The notes below the pieces were generated by a model. It worked only from the letters and a program-made list of their open reading frames with translations. It did not search any database and had not been told where the DNA came from. Below are positions 1-12,400 of a stretch of 64,000 bases of DNA, in pieces; position 1 is the first letter of the stretch, and each line of letters starts with the position of its first letter. The stretch comes from Eledone cirrhosa. Lineage: Eukaryota. Location: contig OZ024751.1 of the NCBI GenBank assembly GCA_964016885.1, positions 2,914,001 to 2,978,000 of the forward strand. Direction: 5' to 3'. A program made the translations under genes and the position numbers.

Positions 1-3000
1 TCACTGGTGGTATATTGTGGTAGTGGTTGTGGTGGTGGTGTCACTGGTGGTATATTCTGGAAGTGGTGGTGTCACTGGTGGTATGATATGATAGTGGGGG
101 TGGTGGTGGTGTCACTGGTGGTATATTGTGGTAGTGGAGCTGACGGTGTTGTCACTGGTGGTGGTGTCACTGGTGGTATATTGTGGTTGTATTTGGTGCT
201 AGCGGTGGTGGTGTCACTGGTGGTATATTGTGGTGGTGGTGGTGGTGTCACTGGTGGTGTATTGAGGTGGTGGTGGTGGTGGTTGTGGTGTCACTGGTGG
301 TATATTGTGGTAGTGGTGATCGTGATGTCACTTTTGGTATATTGTGGTAGTGGTGGTTGTGGTGGTGTCACTGTTGTTATATTGTGGTGGCGGTGGTGGT
401 GATGGTATTACTGGTGGTATTGAGCGGTGGTGGTCTAGGTGTCACTCGTGGTATTTGGTAGTGGTGGTGGTGGTGTCACTGTTGGTATATCGTGGTGGTG
501 TCACTGGTGGAATATTGTGGAAGTGGTGGTGGTGTTGCTGGTCGTATATTGTTGTAGTGGTGGTGGTGGTGTCACTGGTGGTATATGGTGGTAGTGGTGG
601 TGGTGGTATCACTGGTGATATGTTGTGGTAGTGGTGGCGGTGGTGGTGTCACTGTGGTATATTGTGGTAGTGGTGGTGGTGGTGTCACTGGTGCTATATT
701 GTGGTAGTGGTGATGGTGGTGGTGTCACTGGTGGTATATTCTGGTAGTGGTGGTGTCACTGGTGGTATGATGTGGTAGTGGTCGTGGTGTCACTGGTGGT
801 ATATTGTGGTAGAGGTGGTGGTGTCAATGTTGGTATATTGTGGCGGTGGTGGTGGTGGTGGTGTCACTGGTGGTTTATTGTGGTAGTGGTGGTGGTGTAG
901 TCATTGGTGGTATATTGTGGTAGTGGTGGTGTCACTAGTGTATATTGTGGTAGTGGAGGTTGTGTTGGTGGTGGTGGTGTCACTGTTGGTATATTGTGGT
1001 ACTGGAGGTTGTGGTGTCACTGGTGGTATATTTTGGTAGTGAACGTCGTTTTGTCAATAGTCGTATATTGTGGTACTGGTGGTGGTTTTGTCACTGGTGG
1101 TATATTGTGGCAGTGGTGGTGGTGTCACTGTTGGTATATTGTGGTAGTTATGGTGGTGGTGTCACTGTTTGTATATTGTGGTAGTTATGGTGGTGGTGTC
1201 TCTTGTGGTATATTGTAGTGGTTGTGGTGTCACTGGTGATATTTGGTGGTGGTGATGGTGGTGGTGGTGGTGTCACTGGTGGTTTATTGTGGTAGTGTTG
1301 GTGTCATTGGTGGTATTTGCTGGTAGTGGTTGTGGTGATGGTGTCACAGGTGGTATATTGTGGTGGTGATGTCACTGGTGGTATATTGTTGTGGTGTTAC
1401 TGGTGGTATTTGGTGGTGGTGGTAGTGGTGATGGTGGTGGTGTCACTGGTGGTATATTCTGGAAGTGGTGGTGTCACTGGTGGTATGATGTGATAGTGGG
1501 GGTGGTGGTGGTGTCACTGGTGGTATATTGTGGTAGTGGAGCTGACGGTGTTGTCACGGGTGGTGGTGTCACTGGTGGTATATTGTGGTGGTGGTGGTGG
1601 TGTCACTGGTGGTGTATTGAGGTGGTGGTGGTGGTGGTTGTGGTGTCACTGGTGGTATATTGTGGTAGTGGTGGTGATATATTGTGGTCGTGGTGGTGGT
1701 AATGTCACTGGTGGTATATTGTGGTAGTGGTGATCGTGATGTCACTTTTGGTATATTGTGGTAGTGGTGGTGGTGGTGGTGTCACTGTTGTTATATTGTG
1801 GTGGCGGTGGTGGTGATGGTATTACTGGTGGTATTGAGTGGTGGTTGTCTAGGTGTCACTCGTGGTATTTGGTAGTGGTGGTGGTGGTGTCACTGTTGGT
1901 ATATCGTGGTGGTGTCACTGGTGATATCTGGTGGTGGTGGTGGTGGTGGTGTCACTGGTGGTATATTGTGGTGCTGGAGGTGGTTGTGTCACAGGTGGTA
2001 TATTGTGGTAGTGGTGGTGGTGTCACTGTTGGTATATTGTGGTACTGGAGATTGTGGTGTCACTGGTGGTATATTGTGGTAGTGGTGGTGGTGGTGTTGG
2101 TGTCACTGGTGGTATTTGGTGGTGGTGTCATTGGTGGTATTTGGTGGTGGTGGTGGTGGTAGTGGTGGTGGTGGAGGTGGTAGTGGTCGTGTCACTGGTG
2201 GTATATTGTGGTAGTGATGGTGGTGGTGTCACTGATGGTATATTGTGGTAGTGGAGGTGAAGGTGGTGTCACTGGTGGTATATTGTGGTAGTGGAGGTGA
2301 AGGAGGTGTCACTGGTGGTATATTGTGGTAGTGGACGTGGTGGTGTCACTGGTGGTATATTGTGGTAGTGGAGGTGGTGGTGTCACTGGTAGTATATTGT
2401 GGTAGTGGTGGTGGTGTTGGTGTCACTTGTGGTATATTATGGTAGTGGTGGTGGTGGTGGGGTCACTGGTGCTATATTGTGGTACTGGTGGTGGTGGTGG
2501 CGCTGGTGGTATATTTTGGTAGTGGTGGTGGTGTGACTAGTGGTATTTGGTGGTGGTGGTGGTGTCACTGATGGTATATTGTTGTAGTGGTGGTGGTGGT
2601 GTCACTGGTGGTATATGGTGGTAGTGGTGGTGGTGGTGTCACTGGTGGTATATTCTGGAAGTGGTGGTGGTGATGTCACTGATGGTATGTTGGGGTGGTG
2701 GTGGTGGTGATGTCACTGGTGGTATATTGTGGTAGTGTTGGTGGTGGTGGTCGTGGTTTAACTGGGGGTATACTGTAATGGCGGTGATGGTGGTGTCACT
2801 GTTGGTATATTGTGCTGGCGGTGGTGGTGGTGTTACAGGTGGTATTGGGTGGTGGTGGTCTAGGTGACGCTGGTGGTATTTGGCAGTGGTGGTGGTGGTG
2901 TCACTGGCGGTATTTGGTGGTGGTGGTGGTGTTGTCACTGGTGGTATCTGGTGGTGGTGGTGGTGGTGGTGTCACTGGTGGTATCTGGTGGTGGTGGTGG

Positions 3001-6000
3001 TGGTGGTGATGGTGGTGGCGTCACTGGTGGTATATTGTGTTGGTGGTGGTGGTGTCACTGGCGGTATTTGGTGGTGGTGGTGGTGGTGGTGTTGTCACTG
3101 GTGGTATCTGGTGGTGGTGGTGGTGGTGGTGGTGGTGTCACTGGTGGTATCTGGTGGTGGTGGTGGTTGTGGTGATGGTGGTGGCGTCACTGGTGGTATA
3201 TTGTGTTGGTGGTGTGGTGTCACTGGTGGTATATTGTGGTGCTGGAGGTGGTTGGGTCATTGGTGGTATCTGGTGGTGGTGGTGGTGGTGGTGATGGTGG
3301 CGTCACTGGTGGTATATTGTGTTGGTGGTGGTGGTGTCACTGGTGGTATATTGTGGTGCTGGAGGTGGTTGGGTCATTGGTGGTATATTGTGCTAGTGGT
3401 GGTGGTGGTGTCACTGGTGGTATTTGGTGGTGGTGGTGGTGTCAATGCTGGTATAATTTGGTACTGTTGGTGGTGGTCTCACTGTTGGTATATTGTGTTA
3501 GTGGTAGTGGTAGTAGTGGTGGTGGTGTCACTGGTGGTATATTGTGGTAGTGTTGCTGATGGTGGTGTCACTGGTGGTATTTTGTGGTAGTGGTGATTGT
3601 GGTTGTGTCACTGGGGGTATATTCTTGAGGTGGTGGTGTCACCGGTGGTATGTTGTGGTAGTGGCGTTAGTGGTGGTAGTGGTCTCAGTGTTGGTATATT
3701 GTGGTAGTGGTAGTAGTGGTAGTGGTGGTGGTGTCATGGTGGTATATTGTGGTAGTGGTGGTTGTGGTGTCACTGGTGGTATATTGTGGTAGTGGTGGTG
3801 GTGGTGGTGGTGTCACTGGTGGTATATTGTTGTAGTGGTGGTGGTGTCACTGGTGGTATATTGTTGTAGTGGTGGTGGTGGTGTCACTGGTGGTATATGG
3901 TGGTAGTGGTGGTGGTGGTGTCACTGGTGGTATATTGTGGTAGTGTTGGTTATGGTGGGGTCACTGGTGGTATTTGGTGGTGGTGGTGGTGTCACTGGTG
4001 GTATGTTGTGGTGTCACTGTGGTATATTGTGGTAGTTATGGTGGTGGTGTCTCTTGTGGTATATCGTGGTGGTGGTGGTGTCACTGGTGCTATTTGGTGG
4101 TGGTGATGGTGTCACTGGTAGTATATTGAGGTGGTGGTGTCACTGGTTGTATATTGTGGTGGTGGTGTCACTGGTGGTATTTGGTGGTAGCAGTGGTGGT
4201 GATGTCACTGGTGGTATATTGTTGTGGTGTTACTGGTGGTATTTGATGGTGGTGGTAGTGGTGGTGTCACTGGTGGTATAATGTGTTAGTGGTGGTGGTG
4301 GTGGTGTCAATGGTGGTATAATGTGGTAGTGGTGGAGGTGGTGGTGTCACTGGTGGTATATTTTGGTAGTGGAGGTGGTGGTGGTGGTGTCACTGGTGGT
4401 ATATTGTGGTGGTTGTGTCACTGGTGTTATTCGGTGGTGGTGGTGGTGTCACTGGTGGTATGTTGTTGTAGTGGTGGAGGTGGTGTCACTGGTTGTATAA
4501 TTTGTTAGTGGTGGTGGTGGTCTCAATGTTGGTATATTGTAGTAATGGTAGTGGTGGTAGTGGTGGTGGTGTCACTGGTGGTATATTGTGGTAGTGGTGG
4601 TGGTGGTGTCACTGGTGGTATTTGGTGGTGGTGGTGGTGTCACTGGTCGTATAATTTGGTAGTGGTGGTGGTGGTCTCACTGTTGGTATGTTGTGGTTGT
4701 GGTAGTGGTGGTAGTGGTGGTATATTGTGGAAGTGGTGGTGGTGGTGGTGGTGGTGGTGGTGGTGGTGTCACTGGTGGTATATTGTGGTGCTGGAGGTGG
4801 TTGTGTCACTGGTGGTATATTGTGGTAGTGGTGGTGGTGGTGTCACTGGTGGTATTTGGTGGTGGTGGTGGTGTTGTAACTGGTGGTATATTGTGGTGGT
4901 GGTGGTGGTGGTGGGGTCACTGGTGGTATTTGGTGGTGGTGGTGGTGTCACTGGTGGTATGTTGTGGTGTCACTGTGGTATATTGTGGTAGTTATGGTGG
5001 TGGTGTCTCTTGTGGTATATCGTGGTAGTGGTGGTTGTGGTGTCACTGGTGGTATATTGTGGTAGTGGTGGTGGTGGTGGTGGTGTCACTGGTGGTATAT
5101 TGTTGTAGTGGTGGTGGTGTCACTGGTGGTATATTGTTGTAGTGGTGGTGGTGGTGTCACTGGTGGTATATGGTGGTAGTGGTGGTGGTGGTGTCACTGG
5201 TGATATATTGTGGTAGTGTTGGTTATGGTGGGGTCACTGGTGGTATTTGGTGGTGGTGGTGGTGTCACTGGTGGTATGTTGTGGTGTCACTGTGGTATAT
5301 TGTGGTAGTTATGGTGGTGGTGTCTCTTGTGGTATATCGTGGTGGTGGTATCACCGGTGGTATCACCGGTGGTATGTTGTGGTAGTGGCGTTAGTGGTGG
5401 AAGTGGTCTGAGGGTGGTAGTGGTCTCAGTGTTGGTATATTGTGGTAGTGGTAGTAGTGGTAGTGGTGGTGGTGTCACTGGTGGTATATTGTGGAAGTGG
5501 TGGTGGTGGTGGTGTTGCTGGTGGTATATTGTTGTAGTGGTGGTGGTGGTGTCACTGGTGGTATATTGTGGTAGTGGTGGTGGTGGTGGTGGTGTCACTG
5601 GTGGTATATTGTTGTAGTGGTGCTGGTGGTGTCACTGGTGGTATATGGTGGTAGTGGTGGTGGTGGTGTCACTGGTGTAATATTGGTAGTGTTGGTGATG
5701 GTGGGGTCACCTGTGGTATTTGGTGGTGGTGGTGGTGTCACTGGTGGTATGTTGTGGTAGTAGTGGCGGTTGTGGTGTCACTGTGGTATATTGTGGTAGT
5801 TATGGTGGTGGTGTCTCTTGTGGTATATTGTGGTGGTGTTAGTGTCACTGGTGCTATTTGGTGGTGGTGATGGTGTCACTGGTGGTATATTGAGGTGGTG
5901 GTGTCACTGGTGGTATATTGTGGTGGTGGTGTCACTGGTGGTATTTGGTGGTAGTAGTGGTGGTGATGTCACTGGTGGTATATTGTTGTGGTGTTACTGG

Positions 6001-7764
6001 TGGTATTTGGTGGTGGTGGTAGTGGTGGTGTCACTGGTGGTTTATTGTGGTAGTGGTGGTGTTGGTGTCACTGGTGGTATTTGGTGGTAGCAGTGGTGGT
6101 GGTGGTGGTGGTGGTGGTGGTGTCACTGGTGGTATATTGTGGTTCTGGTGCTGGTGTCACTGGTGGTATATTGTGGTAGTGGTGCTGGTGGTGGTGGTGG
6201 TGGTGGTGGTGGTGGTGGTGGTGGTGGTGGTGGTGGTGGTGGTGGTGGAGGCGGTAGTGGTGGTGGTGGTGGTGTCACTGATGGTATATTGTGGTATTGG
6301 AGGTGGAGGTGGTGTCACTGGTGGTATATTGTGGTAGTGGTGGTGGTGGTGTCACTGGTGGTATATTGTGGTAGTGGTGGTCGTGGTGTCACTGGTGATA
6401 TATTGTGGTAGTGGTGGTAGTGGTATTTGGTGGTGGTGGTGTGTTGGTGGTGGTGGTGTCACTGGTGGTATATTGTGGTAATGGTGGTGGTGTTGTCACT
6501 GGTGGTATATTGTGGCAGTGGTGGTGGTTGTCGTGTCACTGGTGGTATATTGTGGTAGTGGTGGTGGTGTCACTGGTAGGATATTGTGGTAGTGGTGGTG
6601 GTGGTGTCACTGGTGGTATATTGTGGTAGTTGAGTTGATGGTGGTGTCACTGGTGGTGGTATCACTGGTGGTATATTGTGGTGGTAGTTGGTGGTAGCGG
6701 TGGTGTTGTCACTGGTGATATATTGTGGTGGTGGTGGTGGTAGTGGTGTCACTGTTGGTATAATGTGGTAGTGATGTCACTGGTGGTATATTGTGGTAGT
6801 GGTGGTGGTGGTGGTGGTAATATATTGTGGTCATGGTGGTGGTGATATCACTGGTGGTATATTGAGGTAGTGGTGGTGGTGGTTTAACTGGGGGTATACT
6901 GTGGTGGCGGTGATGGTGGTGTCACTGTTGGTATATAGTGGTGGCGGTGGTGGTTGTCTATGTGCCACTGGTGGTATTTGGCAGTGGTGGTGGTGGTGTC
7001 ACTGCTGGTATTTGGTGGTGGTGGTGGTGGTGTCACTGGTGGTATCTGGTGCTGGTGGTGGTGGTGGTGGTGTCACTGGTGGTATCTGGTGCTGGTGGTG
7101 GTGGTGGTGGTGTCACTGGTGGTATATCGTGTTGGAGGTGGTGGTGTCACTGGTGGTATATTGTGGTGCTGGAGTTGGTTGTGTCACTGGTGGTATAATT
7201 TGGTAGTGGTGGTGGTGGTCTCACTGTTGGTATATTGTGGTAGTGGTAGTGGTGGTAGTGGTGGTGGTGTCGCTGGTGGTGTCACTGGTGTTATATTGTG
7301 GTAGTGGTGGTGGGGGTGTCACTGGTGGTATATTGTGGTAGTGGTGATGGTGGTGGTGTCACTGGTGGTATATTCTGGAAGTGGTGGTGTCACCGGTGGT
7401 ATGTTCTGGTAGTGGCGTTAGTGGTGGTAGTGGTCTCAGTCTTGGTATATTGTGGTAGTTGTAGTTGTGTTAGTGGTGGTGGTGGTGGTGGTGGTGGTGG
7501 TATCACTGGTGGTCTATTGTTGTAGTGGTGATGGTGGTGTCACTGGTGGTATATGGTGGTAGTGTTGGTGATGGTGGGGTCACTGGTGGTATTTGGTGGT
7601 GGTGCTGGTGTCACTGGTGGTATGTTGTGGTAGTGGTGATTGTGGTGGTGTCACTGGTGGTATATTGTGGTAGTGGTGGTGCCACTGGTGTATATTGTGG
7701 TAGTGGTCGTGGTGTCATTGGTGGAATATTGTGTTAGTGGTTGTGGTGGTGTTACTGGTGGTAT
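1..7764. repeat. GGT-rich minisatellite, unit ~GTCACTGGTGGTATATTGTGGTAGT(GGT)n, left part
   Basis: Fixed cassette GTCACTGGTGGTATATTGTGG recurs every ~25-45 bp, separated by variable (GGT)n. All overlapping ORFs are V/G/W-rich translations of this repeat. Confidence 0.97.
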
Positions 7765-10700
7765 ATCATCATCATCATTCGTCGACTACTGTCGAGATGA
7801 TGGATCTCACTCTCATGCTCCAGAATTCCCTGTCCCCCATCGCTGCCCCCAGGTCCCGTCTAGTGATACCCGTATCCCTAGAGATAACGTCAGGGAATGG
7901 CAGCTTCCTACTCCTAGTCAGGCTGGAGTCAGTGTTCCAGAGCAAGAGAGCGGATATTATTTCATTGCTGGCACGGTGACAGTGGCCAGCAAATTGAACT
8001 TACCGGGATTTTAGAAGGGCATATGCTCGAGGGAGTTTGCCATAGATTCTAGACAAGGTAGGATGTCGTTTCCAGGATAGGTTTTGCACTCTCATTAAGA
8101 GGCGGGTATATGTGCCATCCAATTTCCTCTCAAGTTGTGATGTTAGTGTGCAAGTTTCGGATCCATAAAGTAATATGAGCTTAATGGTTGCTTGGAATAT
8201 TTCCAGTTTTAGCTTGTTGGTAAGTTGAGATGTCTATATGGCGTGCATGTCATTGCACGCTGACCATGCCATACCCTTCCTGGTTAGAAAATCTTTTTTG
8301 GAGGAGGAGATATATGAGCCAAGATACTTGTAATCTTCCACCTCCTTAAGGGTGGTAACGTTGAGGGTTCTGATGGGGTAGTTTGGGCTGTTTGCGCATC
8401 TGTTCACATACTCAGTCTTGGATTCGTTGAGGTACAGTCCAACACAGTTGGACGCTTGCTCTAATGACTTCAAAAGACTCTCAGCATTTTCCAGTGACCG
8501 ACTGATCAATGCGATGTTGTCAGCAAAGTCGGTGTCGGTCAAGTATTTTTCTGGGTAGCGTGAGCCTCTCCTAGGCTGTAGTTGGTACCCCCTATGCTGA
8601 ATCCTATCCACAGACATGCGCAAAACATAATCCACAACAAGGATAAATAGATACGGAGCAAGGGTATCGCCCTGTAAAATTCCAGCGAGGATTGAGAAAG
8701 GTGGTGTTTCCCCATCTGGGGTCAGGACAGTTGATTTGGTATCTGTCTACATTACACGTATGGCCGCGATGATTTTATCAGGAATCCCATAAAGTTGTAG
8801 AATTTCAAACATCCCCGACCTGTCAACTGAGTCGAAGGCTTTTGAAAAATCAAAAAAGATGAGTGCAAGTTCTAGATTGCGGTTTTGGGACTCCTCTATA
8901 AGTCGGCGAAGGCAGAGAATCTGGCTAAGTGTTGATCTACCTCTCCTAAATCCATTCTGGTTGTTACGAAGGATTGGCTCAAGAAATGGAATTAAGCGGT
9001 TACGGAGAAGCTTGTTGTATATTTTTGCAGCAATTGCCATGAGAGAAATTCCTCTATAGTTGGTGGCTAAAGAAAGATCTCCTTTTTGGGGCATGGGGAT
9101 AATTTGAGCTGCATGCCAGACGCTAGGTGGTTTATTGGTCTCGAAAGTATGGTTACATAGGTTGAGCAAAAGGATGTGGAAATGCTCATCCTTCCAAATC
9201 AGGGTAGGTATATAATCCGGCCCAAAGGCTTTTGAGGCTTTGAGCTGTTTGATGGCTTCTTTGAGCTCAGGCATGGTGAAAGGAGAGGTGTTGATTCCTA
9301 AAGGCTCTGAAACCTGAACGGATGGCAGTTGATAGTTATCAGGGAGTCTGGCCTTTTTCCCTAGAAGGTTTTTAAAATGAGCAGACCAATTTTCAAGACG
9401 TTTTTTGGCAGAGCCTCCTTTGATTCTAACTGCAGAGTTTGAGTTTTTGCCTGAAAGATCTTTGACAACCTTCCAAGCAAGATGATGGTGTTTGCTGATG
9501 TGATGTTGCGATAGCTAATCAATCCTACCTGAGATATAGTCGGCTTCAGCATTAAGATAAGCGTCGTCTAGTGATTTTTTGGCCATGATAAGCTGTATCT
9601 TTTTCCCTTGAGATGGTGATTGATGGTGAGATTGGGATATTGACCTAAGATGAGCCCTTGCCTCAACTACCTTCTCTGAGGCACTAGGTTTCATTTGGCT
9701 TCGGCTTTTCTTTTTAGGTAGGGTGGCAAGTGCAACTTCCTCTGTTGATTGCTTAAGACAGTCATACACATCCTCAATATTATTGTCATTGATGTCAGAA
9801 GTTGAGAGAGATTGAAATCTGTTATAGACTTGAAGCGTGAAGCTATTGGATAGTTGTTTGTTGGAAGAAACGGCTTTCCAGTCTATTCTTTTCATGGGAT
9901 GAGGTTCGGCCCTCTTGGATATTTTGAGACTAAGTTTGTTTGTTGCCGAGATGACTCGATGATCTGAGCCGACAGAGCTAAAGGAGGAATAAGATCTAGA
10001 ATCCTTGATTGAGTTTCTCCATTTCTTGCGAAATATCAAATAGTCAATCTGAGCTCGTTTTGGGTTTGGGTATTCGAAGGTCCAAAGCCGGCCTCTGGTC
10101 TTCATGAAGCTGTTGTTTGAGCTGAATAGACTGAATTCTTCCATGAAGTCCTTGAGATATTCCCCGTTTCGGTTAGTAACCCTATTGTATGTGAACTTTA
10201 CTTCATCCGGGCCAAGTTGAGCGTTGAGGTCTCCAGCGATGATAAGAAAGTTGTGTAAGGGTACTTGCTCAACTATGCGAAGGGTCGTGTAGAATTCTCT
10301 TACCTCATCCCCAGGTGAGGCGTTATGAGGACTGTATACACATATCGCAGTGGTTCTAGGATTGCCCTCTAGTGTAAGCACCAAGATTCTGGGAGAGATT
10401 GTTTCAATCCCCAGAAGATTATTGCTGGCTTTAGATGAGAGAAGGCAGCCGACTCCTCCGACGAAGGCATTGACAGGGTTACCTGGTGGCTGAAGAGGTG
10501 ACAAGTTGGTAGGATCCTAGGGTGTGATACTTGAGATCATCCTTTGGGTGGAAAAAGCGGTGTTCTTGGACCGCAAGGATGTCAATGTTCTGAAGTTTGG
10601 CATTCTCTGCCAGCTCCTGGAGTCTACCTGTTGGAAGGAGGGTTCTGGTGTTCAAGGAGCTAACTATTATTTGCTTTTTGCAGCTAGCCAGGCGAGATTT

Positions 10701-11435
10701 GCTTGTTGCTTGGTTAGGACCTGTTTCATCTCCATCAGATGAACCCCGTCCCTTGAAATTTGAGGATTCATCATCATTCGATGCCTTTGTAGGTGCATTA
10801 TGATCAGAAACAGGACCCGGGAAAGCAGGGGCTGGACCTATATCAACAGGTATACCATACAGTGTGGTTCCCTGAGGAACAGGAACCCTGGTGCAGTTAG
10901 TTGCGAAATCAATCATCCTTTCAAATAGCTAATAATGTGTGTGGGCGCCACTACTCCACACATGTGAAAGAATTTGACAGCCAAGTCTTGAAGAAGGTGC
11001 TTTCTCCTCCGTGTGGTGGGTTACCCGGCGCCAGATACCAACCTGGCATTTATACCCTCGCCCTAATTGTTCGTGTTGCAAGCACTAGAGTAGTTGCTAA
11101 CCAAAGCTACAGACCCACTCTATCCGTCTGGAGGTACGTTGTACTAGCTTACCAGCATACTAGTAGCAGGAAGTTGACATTTCCGGCACTGCGGCGCCTT
11201 TCGGCGGGCCGTGCTGGTTTTGAATGGCCATTGACTCCAAGAGCCTTAAGAGCTCCCAGGAGTTCCTTTGCCCTTTGACAGGTTTTGTTTTTAGTCCTGC
11301 AGGATGTCCAAAGTCACCCTCCTCACCAAGAAATCTTGGTGGGGTTGCCAGTTTAGTCGCCAACGACCCGACCATGAGACAGGTTGCACTGGGATACATG
11401 TTACCAGTAGCACCAACTGGTGACCTGACATTGGC
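7765..11435 (-). mobile_element. RTE-clade non-LTR retrotransposon, near full length, decayed
   Basis: APE endonuclease motifs (SLNTRTL, DILAVQEHR, IAGDLNA, QIDY, SDHR), RT motifs (NYRGISL, QNGFRRGRST, DFSKAFDSV, QGDTLAP, FADN), C-terminal M.DREFW motif, (TGA)n 3' tail at 7765-7777 and ~520-nt 5' leader. The satellite resumes on both sides with ATAT duplicated. Confidence 0.93.
7775..10916 (-). pseudogene. Single EN-RT ORF of the RTE element, disrupted by frameshifts and stops
   Basis: ORF pieces 10479-10916, 9515-10504, 8747-9274 and 8234-8635 are colinear EN then RT. Catalytic FADD reads FADN. The C-terminus ...SIISTVVDE* ends at TGA 7775-7777. Confidence 0.9.
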
Positions 11436-12400
11436 ATATTGTGGTAGTGGTGGTGGTGGTGTCACTGGTGGTATATTGTGGTAGAAGTGGTGGTGGTGTC
11501 ACTGGCCGTATATTTTCGTAGTGGTGATGGTGGTGGTGTCACTGGGGGTATATTCTGGAATTGGTGGTGGTGGTGTCACTGGTGGTATATTGTGGCAGTG
11601 GTGGTGGTGCTGGTGTAATTAGTGGTATATTGTGGTGGTGGTGGTGGTGTCACTGGTGCTATTCGGTGGTGGTGGTGTCACTGGTGGTATATTGTGGTAG
11701 TGGAGGTGGTGGAGGTGTCACCTGTGGTATATTGTGGTGGAGCCACTGGTGGTATTTGGTGGTAGTGGTGGTGGAGATGGTGTCACTGGTGGTATATGGT
11801 GGTGGTGTCACTGGTGGTATTTGGTGGTCCTGGTAGTGGTATCACTGGTGGTATAATATGGTAGTGGTATATGGTGGTGGTGTCACTGCTGGTATATTGT
11901 GGTAGTGGTGGTGGTCGTGTCACTGGAGGTATTTGTTGTTGGTGGTGGTGCTGTCACTGGTGGTATTTGGTGGTGGTATATTGTGGTGGTGGTGCTGGTG
12001 TCACTGGTGGTATTTGGCTGTAGTGGTGGTGGTGGTGGTGTCACTGGTGGTATATTGTGGTGGTGTTGATGTCACTGGTGGTAGATTGTGGTAGTGGTGG
12101 TGGTGGTGTCACTGGTGGTATATTGTGGTGGTGGTGGTGGTGGTCGTGGTGGCGCTGGTGTAACTGGTGGTATATTGTGGTGGTGGTGGTTTCACTGGTG
12201 GTATATTGTGGTGGTGATGGTGGTGATGGTGTCACTGGTGGTATATTGTGGTGGTGGTGGTTTTGGTGTCCTTGGTGGTATATTGTTGTGTTGTCACTGG
12301 TGGTATATTGTAGTAGTGGTGGTGGTGATGTAACTGGTAGTATAGTGTGGTAGTGGTGGTGGTGGTGTTGTCACTAGTGGTATATTGTGGTAGTGGTGGT
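11436..12400. repeat. GGT-rich minisatellite, right part
   Basis: Same GTCACTGGTGGTATATTGTGG cassette as 1-7764. Confidence 0.96.

Noticed and set aside
1-7760. Dozens of V/G/W- or T/P/H-rich ORFs as membrane, glycine-rich or mucin proteins
   Set aside because: They are open in several frames at once and are direct translations of the GGT satellite.
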